From NCBI GenBank assembly GCA_013265495.1, contig MU058423.1, forward strand, positions 7,636,721 through 7,700,720: a stretch of 64,000 bases of DNA, read 5' to 3'. The position numbers and the translations under genes were made by a program. Origin of the DNA: Vicugna vicugna (Eukaryota). The notes beneath the pieces are model-generated. The model saw only the letters and a program-made list of their open reading frames with translations, was not told the origin of the DNA and did no database searches. Positions 1-11,790 of this stretch are shown here, piece after piece. Position 1 is the stretch's first letter. Each line of letters starts with the position of its first letter.

Positions 1-400
1 ATTTAAAAAACAACAAACAAAAATCAAGCTCACAGATACAGAGAACATACTGGTGACTGCAGGGGTGGGGACTGGGAGGATGAAATGGGTGAAGGAGGTC
101 AAAAGGTACAACTTCTAGTTATGAAATAAATAAGACATGGGGATATAGAGCATGGCACCTGTAATTAATAATCCTGCCTGTGTTGCATATTTGCAATTTG
201 CTAAGAGATAGATCTTAAAAGTCCTCATCACAAGAAAAAAAAAATTTATAGTTGTGTATGGTGATGGACGTTAACTAGCTTTACTGTGATCATTTCACAT
301 ATATACAAATATTAAATAATTATGCTTGTACCCCTAAAATGAATATAATGTCAATATATGTCATACATACCTCAATTTAAAAAATAAAATAAAATAATTA
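1..400 (+). mobile_element. LINE-1 3' UTR fragment (L1MA-type) with A-rich tail
   Basis: Typical L1 3' UTR motifs (aagctcacagatacagagaac; ggtcaaaaggtacaacttctagttatgaaataaataag; ...ctcaatttaaaaaataaaataaaa). Confidence 0.8.
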
Positions 401-407
401 GAATAAA

Positions 408-620
408 AAAGTTACTAAGAGAGTAGACCTTAAATGTTCTCACGACCAAAAAAGTCCCCAAAAAGCAAACAAAAAAATGTAATTATACGAAGTTATGGAG
501 GTGTTTACTAAACTAATTGTGGTAATCATTTCACAATACATATGTGCATCAAATCATCATGTTGCATGCCAAAGTTACAAAATGTTTATATCAATTATCT
601 CTCATTGAAACTGGGGTGGG
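408..620 (+). mobile_element. Second LINE-1 3' UTR fragment
   Basis: Repeats the same L1 3' end segment in diverged form (ctaagagagtagaccttaaatgttctcac; gtggtaatcatttcacaata; tatatcaattatctc). Confidence 0.75.
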
Positions 621-1048
621 GAGAAGCACAAGCAAAAATATAAATAGGTAAAAAAATTCTGTGAAACAGGACTGTTTATGTTCTTTATGCTAACTCTGGA
701 TCCCACAAAACCATAAAGTAAAAGAAAAAGAGAATATTATTTCCAGGCACATTCTTATTTATATAAAACATTATCATGGTTTACAACCAAAATAATCAGT
801 AAGTTTTTAAATGCTACCATATATATGGTATTGTTTAATTAGAAAGGCTGAATCACAAAACATTCCCCTTAGGTAGTAGATTTAAATAAAGGCATATTAA
901 GATTAGCATCAACTTACATCATATCTGTTTCTATTACTTAAAAAAAAAAGACAAAACTCTAAATAACAGGTCCCAAATAATCAAATAATTTTATTTGAAA
1001 TTCTTTGCTCTTGCCTTGCAAGTTGTTTTACAGCTCAAGCATTATTGT

Positions 1049-1080
1049 CAACAAAACAAAACAAAACAAAACAAAAAACA
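1049..1080. repeat. (CAAAA)n microsatellite
   Basis: Directly visible. Confidence 0.9.
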
Positions 1081-1458
1081 GCTTTGGGGAAAAAAAACCT
1101 GCTAAAGTTGGAATTCCCTCAGATTGAGCATCCAGAGTAATTAATGTCTCCTCAAAAGAACACACAGCCATCAACGCAGCTGTGGAAATTCTCAAAACTG
1201 GGGACCTTGCGGCATTTTGGAAAATATATTTTCAACTGTTGAACTATCATGCTCCTTTGAGCATGGAAAATATTTGTGGTTAACACTCTCCCCGACGTTT
1301 TCATTATTCTTTGGCAGTGGCACTTCGTAAAAAACAGGACCCTCTCCATTGTTGCTTCCATTGTCTAAGGATTGGGTGGGGCTGGAGCAATGCAGGTGCA
1401 GAGAACTTCTTCCAGATGTCATTCTTGTCATCGGTGTGCTGACATCCACATTAGGAAA

Positions 1459-2435
1459 TGTGTGGCAGAATGTAGCATACCAGGCTCTCCTACAACATTA
1501 ATGATTGCTGGAATGCTCCACCCAAATCCGCCCCTTCAGGAGGGCACTCATTTTCCCAGTTAATAGGATATGACTGCTGATGGCTCCACCTAAGACTCGC
1601 TCTGGGAATGGAACTCACCAGAAGGGTGTTTCCTCTCCCAAGAATATGCTCCTTTTCCTGTTTCAGTGACAGGCTGATCAGGGGTATGCTAACGAAAAAT
1701 ACTGCAAACCATTTCAGTAAAAGAATGCTGAAACCATCAAGCACCAGCCCCCAGTGAAGACAAGCCTGCAGCCCAGCCTCTGCAGCCACTCACAATGGTG
1801 CCCTGAGGGGACTCAGAATAAGAAAGGACAGGGTACTGCCCCTAGATAGCTAGGTGCTTGTCAAAGGAATGAATTCAATGAGCCCAAATGTTTGCTCCCT
1901 CCCATACATAGAAAAGCGCTTAATTCTTTAACTTGAGATGCCTGGTTTTCCTTAGATAACAAGTAACCTTTCATTGTTCCAACTACCTGGTCTTTGTTGT
2001 AAAGCTCCTGTATATCCTAGCTCCTCCCCTACCTCTTCAGAGCAGTCCCTCAGAGCGACCTGAGAGGTGGTCATCCTGGGTTTGAACGGGTTCGAGTCCT
2101 CAGAAATATATGCCAAATAAAACGAGTTAACTCTCAACTTTTAGGCTGTGCATTTATTTTAGTCGACAGATGCAAAGCCTCGTCTTCTTGCCTTAATTTG
2201 CGACAACACTGCAGGAGCTTCTCAGTTCCAGAGCTCCCCTTGGGGCTGGTTTAGACCTGTCAACAATCGCTTAGACCTCTGTCAACAATTGCATCCCAGC
2301 CCAGTGTCCTTCTCTGCTCACACCTGTTCCCTGTGTTTACTCACAGGTTTCTTCTCTAGAGCATGGCTCAGTAAGCTTCATAACACGAATCTCCATTTGA
2401 ATCCTGTTTACCTGGGACACACCCCGAGACAGACC
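1459..2435 (+). mobile_element. Ancient ERVL-class LTR (LTR16-like), split by a younger LTR at 1687-2168
   Basis: ttccagagctcccc...tcacaggtttcttctctagagc...aatctccat...ctggga 3' motifs resemble LTR16 as recalled; sequence is continuous across the insert. Confidence 0.55.
1687..2168 (+). mobile_element. ERV1-class solo LTR, copy 1
   Basis: TG...CA termini (tgctaacgaaaa...agtcgaca) and AATAAA near the 3' end; shares long identical blocks with 3772-4238. Confidence 0.85.
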
Positions 2436-3242
2436 TAAATATTTTTAACAAGTGAGGTGAGGGTCTTTGGTGCTATAATCTTTAAGATATGTCATGGCTG
2501 TAACATGCAAGGATTCTAAACCACAGGTCCTCGCTCTCCTCTCACCATTGTATTTGCTAAATTTAGTCTGTTATGGATTGAGGAAATAAATAAAATTAAT
2601 TGTGCACAATCACTAAATAGATTTTTCGGCTAAATGCAGAGCATGCGTTCAAGTGAGTGGGCTTCCAGTTAGCACAGGGGCTACACAGATTTTTAAAAAT
2701 ATTACTCCAGGCTTTGGGCTACTTTCTGAATAATTCGGGCAGTGGATAGTGACTATAATTGCTCCAAGATCATTTACTTTGATGGCAGATGCTGTGCTAA
2801 ATACTAGGGCATGCATATAATTTATAAAGCTCCTACACTGAAAACTTTCACAATTTAGGAAAGACATGGTTATAGAACTTCTGTGGAAATTGCTACGATA
2901 AAGGTGGTACTACACAGAATAATGTGGCTGTGCACTGAGTGTTACAAATATTTTAATTATACAATTAAGTAATTCACAAAGCAGGGAAATAAACAGAAAT
3001 AATTTAAACTTCAAGAACTGACATGGAATTGCTTTTGATAAAGGCACCAAGAACAGAGATATTCAAGCAATTAAACATTGTAATTGCAGATGATTCTTAA
3101 CAAAGATTTTTAATACTTTACTGAATTTCTAAAGTCAGCGAAAATGGGGCGGTTCACAGAGAAAGCTTTTAAAATACAAGAGAAGTTCAAAAGCACATCT
3201 AATGTATATTATAGATCCACAACATAGACGAAATACATGGCT

Positions 3243-3736
3243 TGTCAACTGAGAAAAGTGCACAACGTAAAAGCTGAAAGTTCTGTTTTACTGGGAGGAC
3301 TTCCTGAAGACTGGAGCCCGGGAGGCAGCTTCTCAGATCATTCCAAGAGACTGCTCATAGAGGCAAGGGAGGAGCAAGGATATATCGGAGTCTTTGCAAC
3401 AAAGATCAGGTAGACGGAACATCAAAAGATTTCTGTTAATTAAAGAAAACCGTATATTTCAAATTAAGGAATCGAGCACTTTTCTATGTATGGGAAGGTG
3501 CAAACATCTGGGCTCATGAAATCATTTCTTTGATATGCACCTAGCTATGCAGGGCCAGCATCCTGTTCTTTCCCATCCTACATTCCCTCAGGGTGCACCG
3601 TTTCTGGTGGTGGCAGAGGACGGGCTGCCTGTTTGTCTCAGTCCTGAGTTCTCTCCAGAGCAGTGGTAGTGGCTGATGACTTGATGGCTGCAGCATTCCT
3701 TTGTTCACCGGCATGGCAGGCAATATTTCATTCTTA
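3243..3736 (-). mobile_element. ERV1-class solo LTR, copy 2 (inverted, more diverged relative of copies 1 and 3)
   Basis: Reverse complement is colinear with copies 1 and 3 (tgtcaactgagaaaagtgcacaacgtaaaag; ttttctatgtatgggaagg; gcacctagctat; tccctcagggtgcacc). Confidence 0.85.
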
Positions 3737-3771
3737 GGAAACCACCCTTCTCAAAGGTTGATGCATAGTTA

Positions 3772-4238
3772 CGTGAACGAAAATACATATCAGTAAACAA
3801 AGAATGCTGAAACCAAGGCATCAGCGGCTGCTGCCACCCCCCAGTGAGGACAGGCCTGCAGCCTGGCCTCTGTAGCCCTTCACACTGGTGCCCTCTGAGT
3901 GGACTCAGAATAAGAAAGGACAGGGTACTGCCCCTAGATAGCTAGGTGCTTGACAAAGGAATGAATCCAATGAGCCCAAATGTTTGCTCCCTCCCATACA
4001 TAGAAAAGCACTAAATTCTTAAACTTGAGGTGCCTGGTTTTCTTTAGATGACAAGCAATCTTTTATTGTTCCAACTACCTGGTCTTTGTTGTAAAGCTCC
4101 TGTGTATCCTAGCTCCTCCCCTACCTCTTCTGAGCAGTCCCTTAGAGCCATCTGAGAGGCTGTCATCCCGGCTCGAGTCCTCCCACCAAATAAAACATAA
4201 CTCTTAACTTTTAGGCTGCGCATTTATTTCAGTCGACA
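3772..4238 (+). mobile_element. ERV1-class solo LTR, copy 3, with 4-bp TSD GTTA
   Basis: Ends agtcgaca; gtta at 3768-3771 and 4239-4242; a 4-bp TSD is typical of ERV1. Confidence 0.88.
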
Positions 4239-5817
4239 GTTACCATAAATCCTAATTTTTAAGATACATTTGAGAATTTCAGTGAAGTTTCACAGAGTAC
4301 ATTCTGTTCTTGCAATCATATCAATGATAGAATAATTTACAAAGTCTTTAATGCCAGATGCTACCTTTTGCTATAAATGTTGACACTCAAAGTCATTCAA
4401 CCTCTGGAAAAGCCTACTTTCAGAGTAGTTACAGTTCCAATGCCTTTTATACGGATTTTAAATACTGTAGTATAAATGATACATTGGACCAAATGCCTCA
4501 GGCTCAGGTGACGGTGGAGATTCTTACAGCTCCCAAAATTTTTGCTTACTAAAATATGACCAGAAGCTGACAAGTTCTAGGAATAGGAAAAATGCAAAAA
4601 ACTTCTCATTGCTTTTGAAAATGACACAGTCAAATGATAATTCTACCTCAATTAAATGAACCATAATGACCTTACTCAGTTTGACCAAAGGCCAAAAAGA
4701 TAGACTTAATGGAACATTTGTTACTAGTCTCCCTATCTTAAAATGTGCAAGCACAACCAACAGTTTTGTCGTAGTATTTTCTGTCGAGCAAATAATATTC
4801 CTTCCAGGAAAGGAGATCAAAATGGCTGGAGTTTAAGAAAAAAAATTAATCTTATTTTAAAAAGTATAAATGACAGAAAATATTTTGTTATTCATGGGAA
4901 AAAAGTATTTCAAAGAAGCTGGAATGAACTGTAATCTATCAAGCACATATAGGTTCCCTGTGGAACAATTTATTTTCCTCTTCAATACCTTCCTCATAAA
5001 AGCAAAAGAATTTGAACTGGCCACAGGGATTTTAACTTTTAAACCAACTTAGAATATTCCTGTACTCTGGGATTTATTATATTTTTTGGCATTCTTAAGA
5101 GGATTCCTGATAAAATCTACTTCATTTAGTCTTAACATATTGACATTCTCAAAACTAATTATCAGACACTGAAAACTAAAACTTTGTAAGAAACAAAACC
5201 AAAAAACTCTAAGCATCCATCACGCAATCTCAAAGTAAGTTCAACAATCCTCAGTTTCTAAAAACTAGATGCCGTCCTGATAAATAAGAGGATTTTGATT
5301 TTTTTGCTTGTTTTGTTTGGTCTTTCTGTTACTCAGAAAACAAAATAGTGATATCTAATCTAGAAAGTTAAACTGAGTTTTAGAACTGTAATTCAAGTCG
5401 AAAATAAAATACTTGTATTTTTAATTTAATTTGTATCAAATATGTCAAAAATAAAATCCCAGTCACTAGAATAATATGTCACATAATCAGCACTCAATGA
5501 TTGTTGTTGAATGAATGATAAGTTTCATTTAGAATAGTTAATTACACACTTGACATTATTTATTAATCCAAAAGTAATGTCACATCTGTATATAAAGAAT
5601 ATCCTTGCTGAGGAACAATTTTACCTTTTATATTGAAGGCACTGCATTTCCCAATTGTGGAATTATTCCAGAGATCCCCAAACAAATATCCTCTATGTCA
5701 TTTATCCAACGTGTATTCCTCATTCCCCACCGCAATCTTAGTTCCAAAAATGTATGAGTTTAGAGCCTTTCCAAGCCTTTCTAAGATTCTTTGAAAAGTA
5801 GCTGGTTGGGAAAAACA

Positions 5818-5990
5818 AAGTGGGAGCATAGGATTAACACATACAAACTACTGTACATAAAGTAAATAAGCAACAAGGATTTACTGTATAGCACAGGGAA
5901 TTACATTCAATATTTTGTAATAACCTATAATGGAATATAATCACAAAAAACTGAACACAATATTGTAAATCAACTATACTTCAGAAAAAG
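5818..5990 (+). mobile_element. Short L1 3' end (cetartiodactyl type)
   Basis: aacaaggatttactgtatagcacagggaattacattcaata...ttgtaaatcaactatacttca. Confidence 0.8.
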
Positions 5991-6119
5991 CAGATGATAA
6001 CACCTACTGTGTTAGTTATCAACTTATTGCCTCTGGGTACCAAATTTACTTCTAATTTCCTGCTCTGGAAAAAGGGAACTGAGTCGTTTAAATGATTTTT
6101 CTTTGCCATCAGTAAAGAA

Positions 6120-6540
6120 TGCTAGAGAGATACTGCAGGAGGAAAGGTGTGCTTACTGGTTCTGTGGTGCCTCTGGGCTGGTTCCCGCAGTGCCTGTCGC
6201 TCCTGCATCACCAGCTCCTGTGATGCTGGCACCAGGCTCCTGCAGTGCACGGGGACCAGCAATATCCAGCAGCTTTCCATGGCACCCCCCTCAGGCAGTT
6301 TCATAAAGAATCGTCTCCAGCAACATGCCTTCCTCTGAATTGCTTTTCCTAGCACCTTAAAGGCCAAATTTCCAGCATGTTCCACCACCATGCCACCAGA
6401 GCAATTTCTCTGTTGTTCAGTGAGCAGAACTCTTACCAAAAAGCTCTGATCTCAGCTCTGGACGCAAGGGTCTTCACTGGATGCTCTATCTTAGCCTTAG
6501 GGGTAGTGATTGTTCATGACAGCTTGTATCCTATGTTTTT
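6120..6540. mobile_element. Ancient LTR remnant (LTR78-like)
   Basis: GC-richer island with cagcagctttcc...aatttccagcatgttc...gatctcagctctgg...gatgctctatcttagccttagggg, resembling LTR78 as recalled. Confidence 0.5.
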
Positions 6541-6684
6541 TAGAATTCTTTTTATTTTATTTTATTTTTTACTAGATAATACCTTGCCATCCCAGTCTGC
6601 TATTATATTAATATTTATATTAAATCTGGACTTTGATACAATATCCTATATCATTTAAGGATTATGCATACTTGGAATAGCCAT

Positions 6685-7172
6685 TTGAAGTTCAGAGCAT
6701 GCCACCCCACAATAGGCCTTTCTTGTGTATTGACAGTTCTGACATACAGGCACTTGAAAAACAGCAGAGGAAAATACTCAGACCTTCCTTCTTTTTCCAT
6801 ATGAACGATGTGCACCTTATGTCAGAAGGAAAGCGCCCTTCTTATCACCCGTGATGAGGAACTGACACATAGAAAATTCTATGCAAACAGATCTTGTTAA
6901 AAACAAACAAACAAAACTCTTATCGTCTTTTAGATTCCCCACATAGTTTAGTTACTCTTCCACAATTGCTTCTCTTTGTTCAACCTAGTAAAAAAGCAAG
7001 TAGGTTTCACCATTTCTTGAGGTCTTTATTCTCTGTCACGTAAAACTTGTATTAAATACATTTGTATGTTTTCTTCTGTTGAGCTATCTTATGTCAATTT
7101 AATTCTCAGGCTCAGTCAGGAAGAACTCTAAGAAGGTAGAGATAAAAAAGATAAAAAAGTGCCTCCCTTACA
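6685..7172 (+). mobile_element. ERV1 solo LTR (MER34-like)
   Basis: gttcagagcatgccacccca start; ggcacttgaaaaacagcag; gtcaatttaattctcagg; ends ctcccttaca. Confidence 0.7.
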
Positions 7173-7484
7173 AAATCATCTGATACGTAACAGACACTTC
7201 ATAACTGTTATTTCCGTTTCTTTCCTTGGATTTTCAATATCGTCACATCAATAGCAGGTTTGTCAGAAGCAAAATTTACTTTCCTAAATATTAGACATTT
7301 TACATTTAAGGAGAATGGCAGAATGTGTTAAAAGGAGTTAAATCTTCTTTTCCGGTATACTGACAATTTAATTGTAAGGAGAACGTCAAGGTGAAGTATA
7401 TGTGAACAACTACCATTCAAAAGAATTAAGAAAATAATCTGATAACTTTTTTTTAATATTACTAACCTCTTCCTTTTCCTTCTA

Positions 7485-9220
7485 TATTCATTCATGGTAC
7501 CTACTATGTGCCCATCGTTGTTGTAGATACTAGGGCAATCACAGTAAAAGAAAATTCTGGATGTTTTGATATTAAATCGAGCAAAAATACAAGTGTAATA
7601 TAATGCAATACTTAGACTAAGGAAGACAAAAACAAGATTATAAGTTAGAAATGGAAACATATAAGAAGGTCCCAATCCTGACTCTACATGAAAGACAGCG
7701 GAGGGAAGCAGGGAGGGTGTGCCCTGAGAAATCTTCCTAGAAGAGGAATTTTGATAAGATTAAACTAGAAAATTGAGGCCAATAATTAATGGAATAATAA
7801 ATAATATTTAACCAGGCTAAAAGGCAAATAATTAAGAAGCATGTTGTAGGCAAAGCATATGTAAAAGCTTAAAGGCATTAGAGAAGCATAGGAAACTCAA
7901 ATACCGTGAGCAGGTCTTGATGGCTGGATCAAGTCATGTAAGAAGGGAGAAACAGCAGAAGATGAAGCCATAAAGGTAGGCTTAGTGACCTATGCGGCAC
8001 TACCTCGCTATACAAAGGTGTCCTAGCACTGACGATGACACAATCAGATTTAGGTTTTGGAAGATTACAGCCACAATAAAGAGAAATGATTAGTGGGTCA
8101 CAAAGAGTGGGCAAGGAGGCACAAAGGATCAAAGACATATAACAAGAGGCTGCAATAAAATAAAGACAAAGAAAGAAAATTAAAGAGATATTTAGGAAAT
8201 AGAATGAAAACTCTTAGCCAATAATTGCACGGACTGCTAATGGAGAGAGGAATGAGTTAGTGATGTCCCCCATGTAAATGGTTTGGGTAATAGGTGAAAT
8301 GATACCAGATGGGAGAGGAAATTCTAAAGATGATTTGTAAGAGTGGTGGCAAGAGAAATAACTGGTTGAATTTTGACCTGGTTACGTCTGAGTATAAGAT
8401 ATCTGTTTTATTTAATGGTCACTTAGATACTTTTATTTGACACTTAAGAGAATTATTTCAGTGGATGTGTATGACAGGCATTAACTCATCAGTATATTTT
8501 ATGTAGTTGGAATGAAGAAAAAGTATATTCATAATAATTTGAAAACAACAAGGATGGGGAGGGGAGGGTTGCATCAGTAGACTATTGCCACAACAATGCT
8601 TCATTAACAAACTACCTGAACATTTTAGACACATGCAACAATAAGCAGTATTTCTAGCTCTTGCATCTATGGATAAGCTGGGCTTCAGGTGATACAGGCT
8701 GTGCACGGATAGGATTGGCTCCAACATGCAGATTGGGTCCAGGTCTGCCTGATCTATTAACATTCTTGGGTCAGTGGCTAATCAAACCACTTGTGTCTTG
8801 TGGCAAAAGGCAGGGAAGCACAAAGGTTAGCCCAAACATGAAAGCACGTTTCAAACCTCTGCTCACATTCTATCTCTTGGTGTCACAATGGCCAAAGCAA
8901 GTCATACGGCCGATTATCAAGAGCAGAAAGGGACAATGAAGTTTTCATGTTTTACAGAGCAGAAGATATAAGTAATTCATTGTAAATGATCTATATTTCT
9001 GCGAGTCAAACTTTTACTGGGCCTAAGAAGCAAGGTAGTTGAATGGAGGCTTGAAAAGTGTGGTAAATCCTAGGAGGAAGAACAGTTTGTCAAGAGAAGA
9101 ACTTCTGGAAGAATTTGCAGAAAACTTTAGGGAGTATGAGACAGGTTGAGAATTGAGAATTTATTGTTGCACTTAAGGCAAACGAGGTGGATTCATGAAT
9201 CCTTCCTGACCTTGGTAAAT
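7485..9220 (-). mobile_element. Fragmented L2 LINE, interrupted by a MaLR LTR
   Basis: Reverse L2 3' end ttcattcatggtacctactatgtgcc; caatcagatttaggttttggaagattac; purine-rich L2 body. Confidence 0.6.
8570..8990 (-). mobile_element. MaLR LTR (MLT1 family)
   Basis: tgcatcagtagactattgcc...aacaaactacc...aacaataagcagtattt...tggccaaagcaagtcatacggcc. Confidence 0.7.
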
Positions 9221-9679
9221 ATTTACAACTTTGAATTCTAACAGTTGTTGTTTTCTTGATTACTATTCTTTCAGCATCTGCATATATTAATTTTTATTAT
9301 TTGTGGTTTACATTAGCACTCTTCTGTTCCAAATACATTATAGGCCTCTTGATGGTCGAGACTGAGTTTTATAGCTACTTGTAACCCCATCAGTAACTTA
9401 AGTCTTTACTCTTAACATTGTTGAATGATGTTGATGGCATTGCATTAAGAATATAATGAGTTAATGTAAACAAAGTGCTTAGCACAATGCCTGGAACAAA
9501 GTAGTTATTCAATAATTCTTACTTTTCTTTCTCATAATGCCTATAAACATTAAGTCAAAGAATAAATGAAGGAGAAGAGGGTAAAATGAAAAATGGCTAT
9601 CTGGTTTTCCTATGAGTGATTTCTACTATTCCATTTTAAAGTGAAAAATATAATAATTAATAAAATTGGAAAGAAGATA

Positions 9680-10020
9680 AAGAGTAAGTAGTACACTTAC
9701 ACATATTTGCAGAACATTCAAAATTATGCTGTATATTGTTGAAAGGACACATAGAAAAATATCTTTTAAAGGATGTATAAAAACTGTAGGATAATAATTA
9801 CCGCTGAGAGGAGAAGAGAGGGAATAGAAATTGAGCAGGATATAGAGAGAACTTGAATGGTATCTTTAATATTTTATTTACAAAAAAACATTTGAACAGA
9901 TGTAGCATATATAAAAAGCCAATTATTTGTTAAATCTGAGCGGTAGAAACATGGGTTTTCCTCATATTATTCTCTCCAATCTTCTAAATATAATGAATAT
10001 TTCATCATTTTCAAAAGTGG
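9680..10020 (+). mobile_element. Old L1 (L1ME-type) 3' fragment
   Basis: ttgttaaatctgagcggtagaaacatggg...tattattctct...aatatttcat. Confidence 0.5.
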
Positions 10021-10479
10021 AAGAAGGTAATCTAGAACAAGTATGTGAAATAAGAATGGTGAATATATTTTAGAAAGGCAAACTAGAAGTAATTTTTTAA
10101 TCTGTTATTTAATACATAACCACTGTTTTTCAGAATTTTTATTATCTGGGCCTTGATATGAGGGTTACTTATGAAATTTTTGCTTTCAAATAAATACTGA
10201 AGACAAGAATTGAAATAAAAATTGAGAAGTGTTTTGCAAATACTTCACTGAGATTCTAGTTGGATCAATGGGTGAAATTTGATCAGCTATGATAGTAAGA
10301 ATAAAGCTCATCTGAGTACTGGAAAATTAAACAGTATACTTAAGCAATCCATTCAATATGATGAGAATATAGATATTTATATAGAGAATGTCAAAAAATT
10401 ATTCCAATCAGTACTTTTTAGATTGATAAGTAATATATGATCTTTCCTGAACTTTATCCTTTTTCAAATGAAGGAAAAT

Positions 10480-11790
10480 ATTTACGTAATATAATGCATA
10501 GATTTTTACTGTACAATCTAAGGAACTTCGACATATGAACATACTTATGCAATCATCACCTAAATCAAGACATAGGACACTTCCATCACCCTAGAAATCA
10601 ATTCCCACTCACTATATTACTTGTTCTGGAGATTCATATAACAGAATCATACAGTAAGAATTCTGTTTTATCTGGGTTGCTTTGCTCAACATACTCTTTT
10701 TAAGATTTATCTATCATGTTGCATGAATCAGTGACCTATACTGAATGGTTAAAAAGTATTCCACTGTATGAATATATCTTCATTTATTTACTTACTTACC
10801 CACCTGTTTATAAGCAATAGGTTATTTCAATTTTTAGTTATTATATATCAATTGCCATATTAATTTTGCATAGTATTTCTACGGACATATGTTTCCATTT
10901 CTTTTGAGAATAAGTAAATAAATGTGATAAATAAGACAAGAATTCCTGGGTAGATATGTATTTAAATTTATAATAAACTGCCAAAGATTTTCCCAAAGCG
11001 GATGTACAATTTTAATTTTATTCCCATAACATAGAGATGTATAAGAGTTCTAGTTGCTCCATATTATCACAAACATTTGGTGTTCTTACTCTTAAAACTT
11101 TAGCCATTGTTATGGATATATAATGTATCTCCTTCTTAGTATTTTGCTTATTATATTACTTGTCTTTTATTACTGATATTTTATTACTGATATATTGTTC
11201 TTTAGAGTATCAATATATAAGTTCTTTGTAAGACTTATATATTGGAAATATTTTCTCTTGGTATGTGATTTGACAGTTTATTTTTTGGAAATATCTTCTG
11301 ACAGCTGGAAGTTTTTAATTTTGATGATGCATAGTGAACTTCTTCTTCTTCTTTATAGTTACTGATTTTCTGTGAAATATAAAAAATAAATTGGTTATCC
11401 CAAGGTTATGAAGGTCATCTCCTTTGCTCTGTTCTCTATGCTTCATAGTTTCAGCTTGAAGTTTACGTTTGTTATCCATCTCCAACTACTATTTCTATAC
11501 TGTATAAGGTAGGAGTCAAGATTTTTTTTTAATATAGTTGTTCCAGCACCATTTGTTGAAAAGACTGTCATTCCACTTTATACTGAAGAAGTGTTCTCTC
11601 TGATACAAGCCTTCTCTCAGACATCTCAGCTTTTGTTTAACTTCTCCTTCCTTTAAGGTTCACAGTCCTGTGCTGCTTCTTGCTCAATGCCTGAAAACAG
11701 TTGGGTCATTTATTTTGTCCAGATTTGGAGGTGTTTTTAATGAAGGACAAGTCTGGATACAGTTATTGTGTCATTGCCAGAAGTGGACTG
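10480..11790 (-). mobile_element. Old L1 (L1M) 3' UTR/ORF2 fragment
   Basis: gtattccactgtatgaatata; aaactgccaaagattttcccaaagcgg; gttgttccagcaccatttgttgaaaagactgtc. Confidence 0.75.

Noticed and set aside
2251..2292. Short tandem duplications (here ttagacc(tc)tgtcaacaat x2; also ~11167-11193 and ~53572-53598)
   Set aside because: Ordinary slippage-type duplications with no intervening insert
1687..4238. Copies 1 and 3 as the two LTRs of one provirus
   Set aside because: No primer-binding site after copy 1 and no gag/pol between them; copy 3 has its own TSD and copy 1 sits inside an older LTR
6103..6439. Pro/Ala-rich ORFs in a GC-richer island
   Set aside because: They lie within an LTR78-like remnant and have no splice or start context
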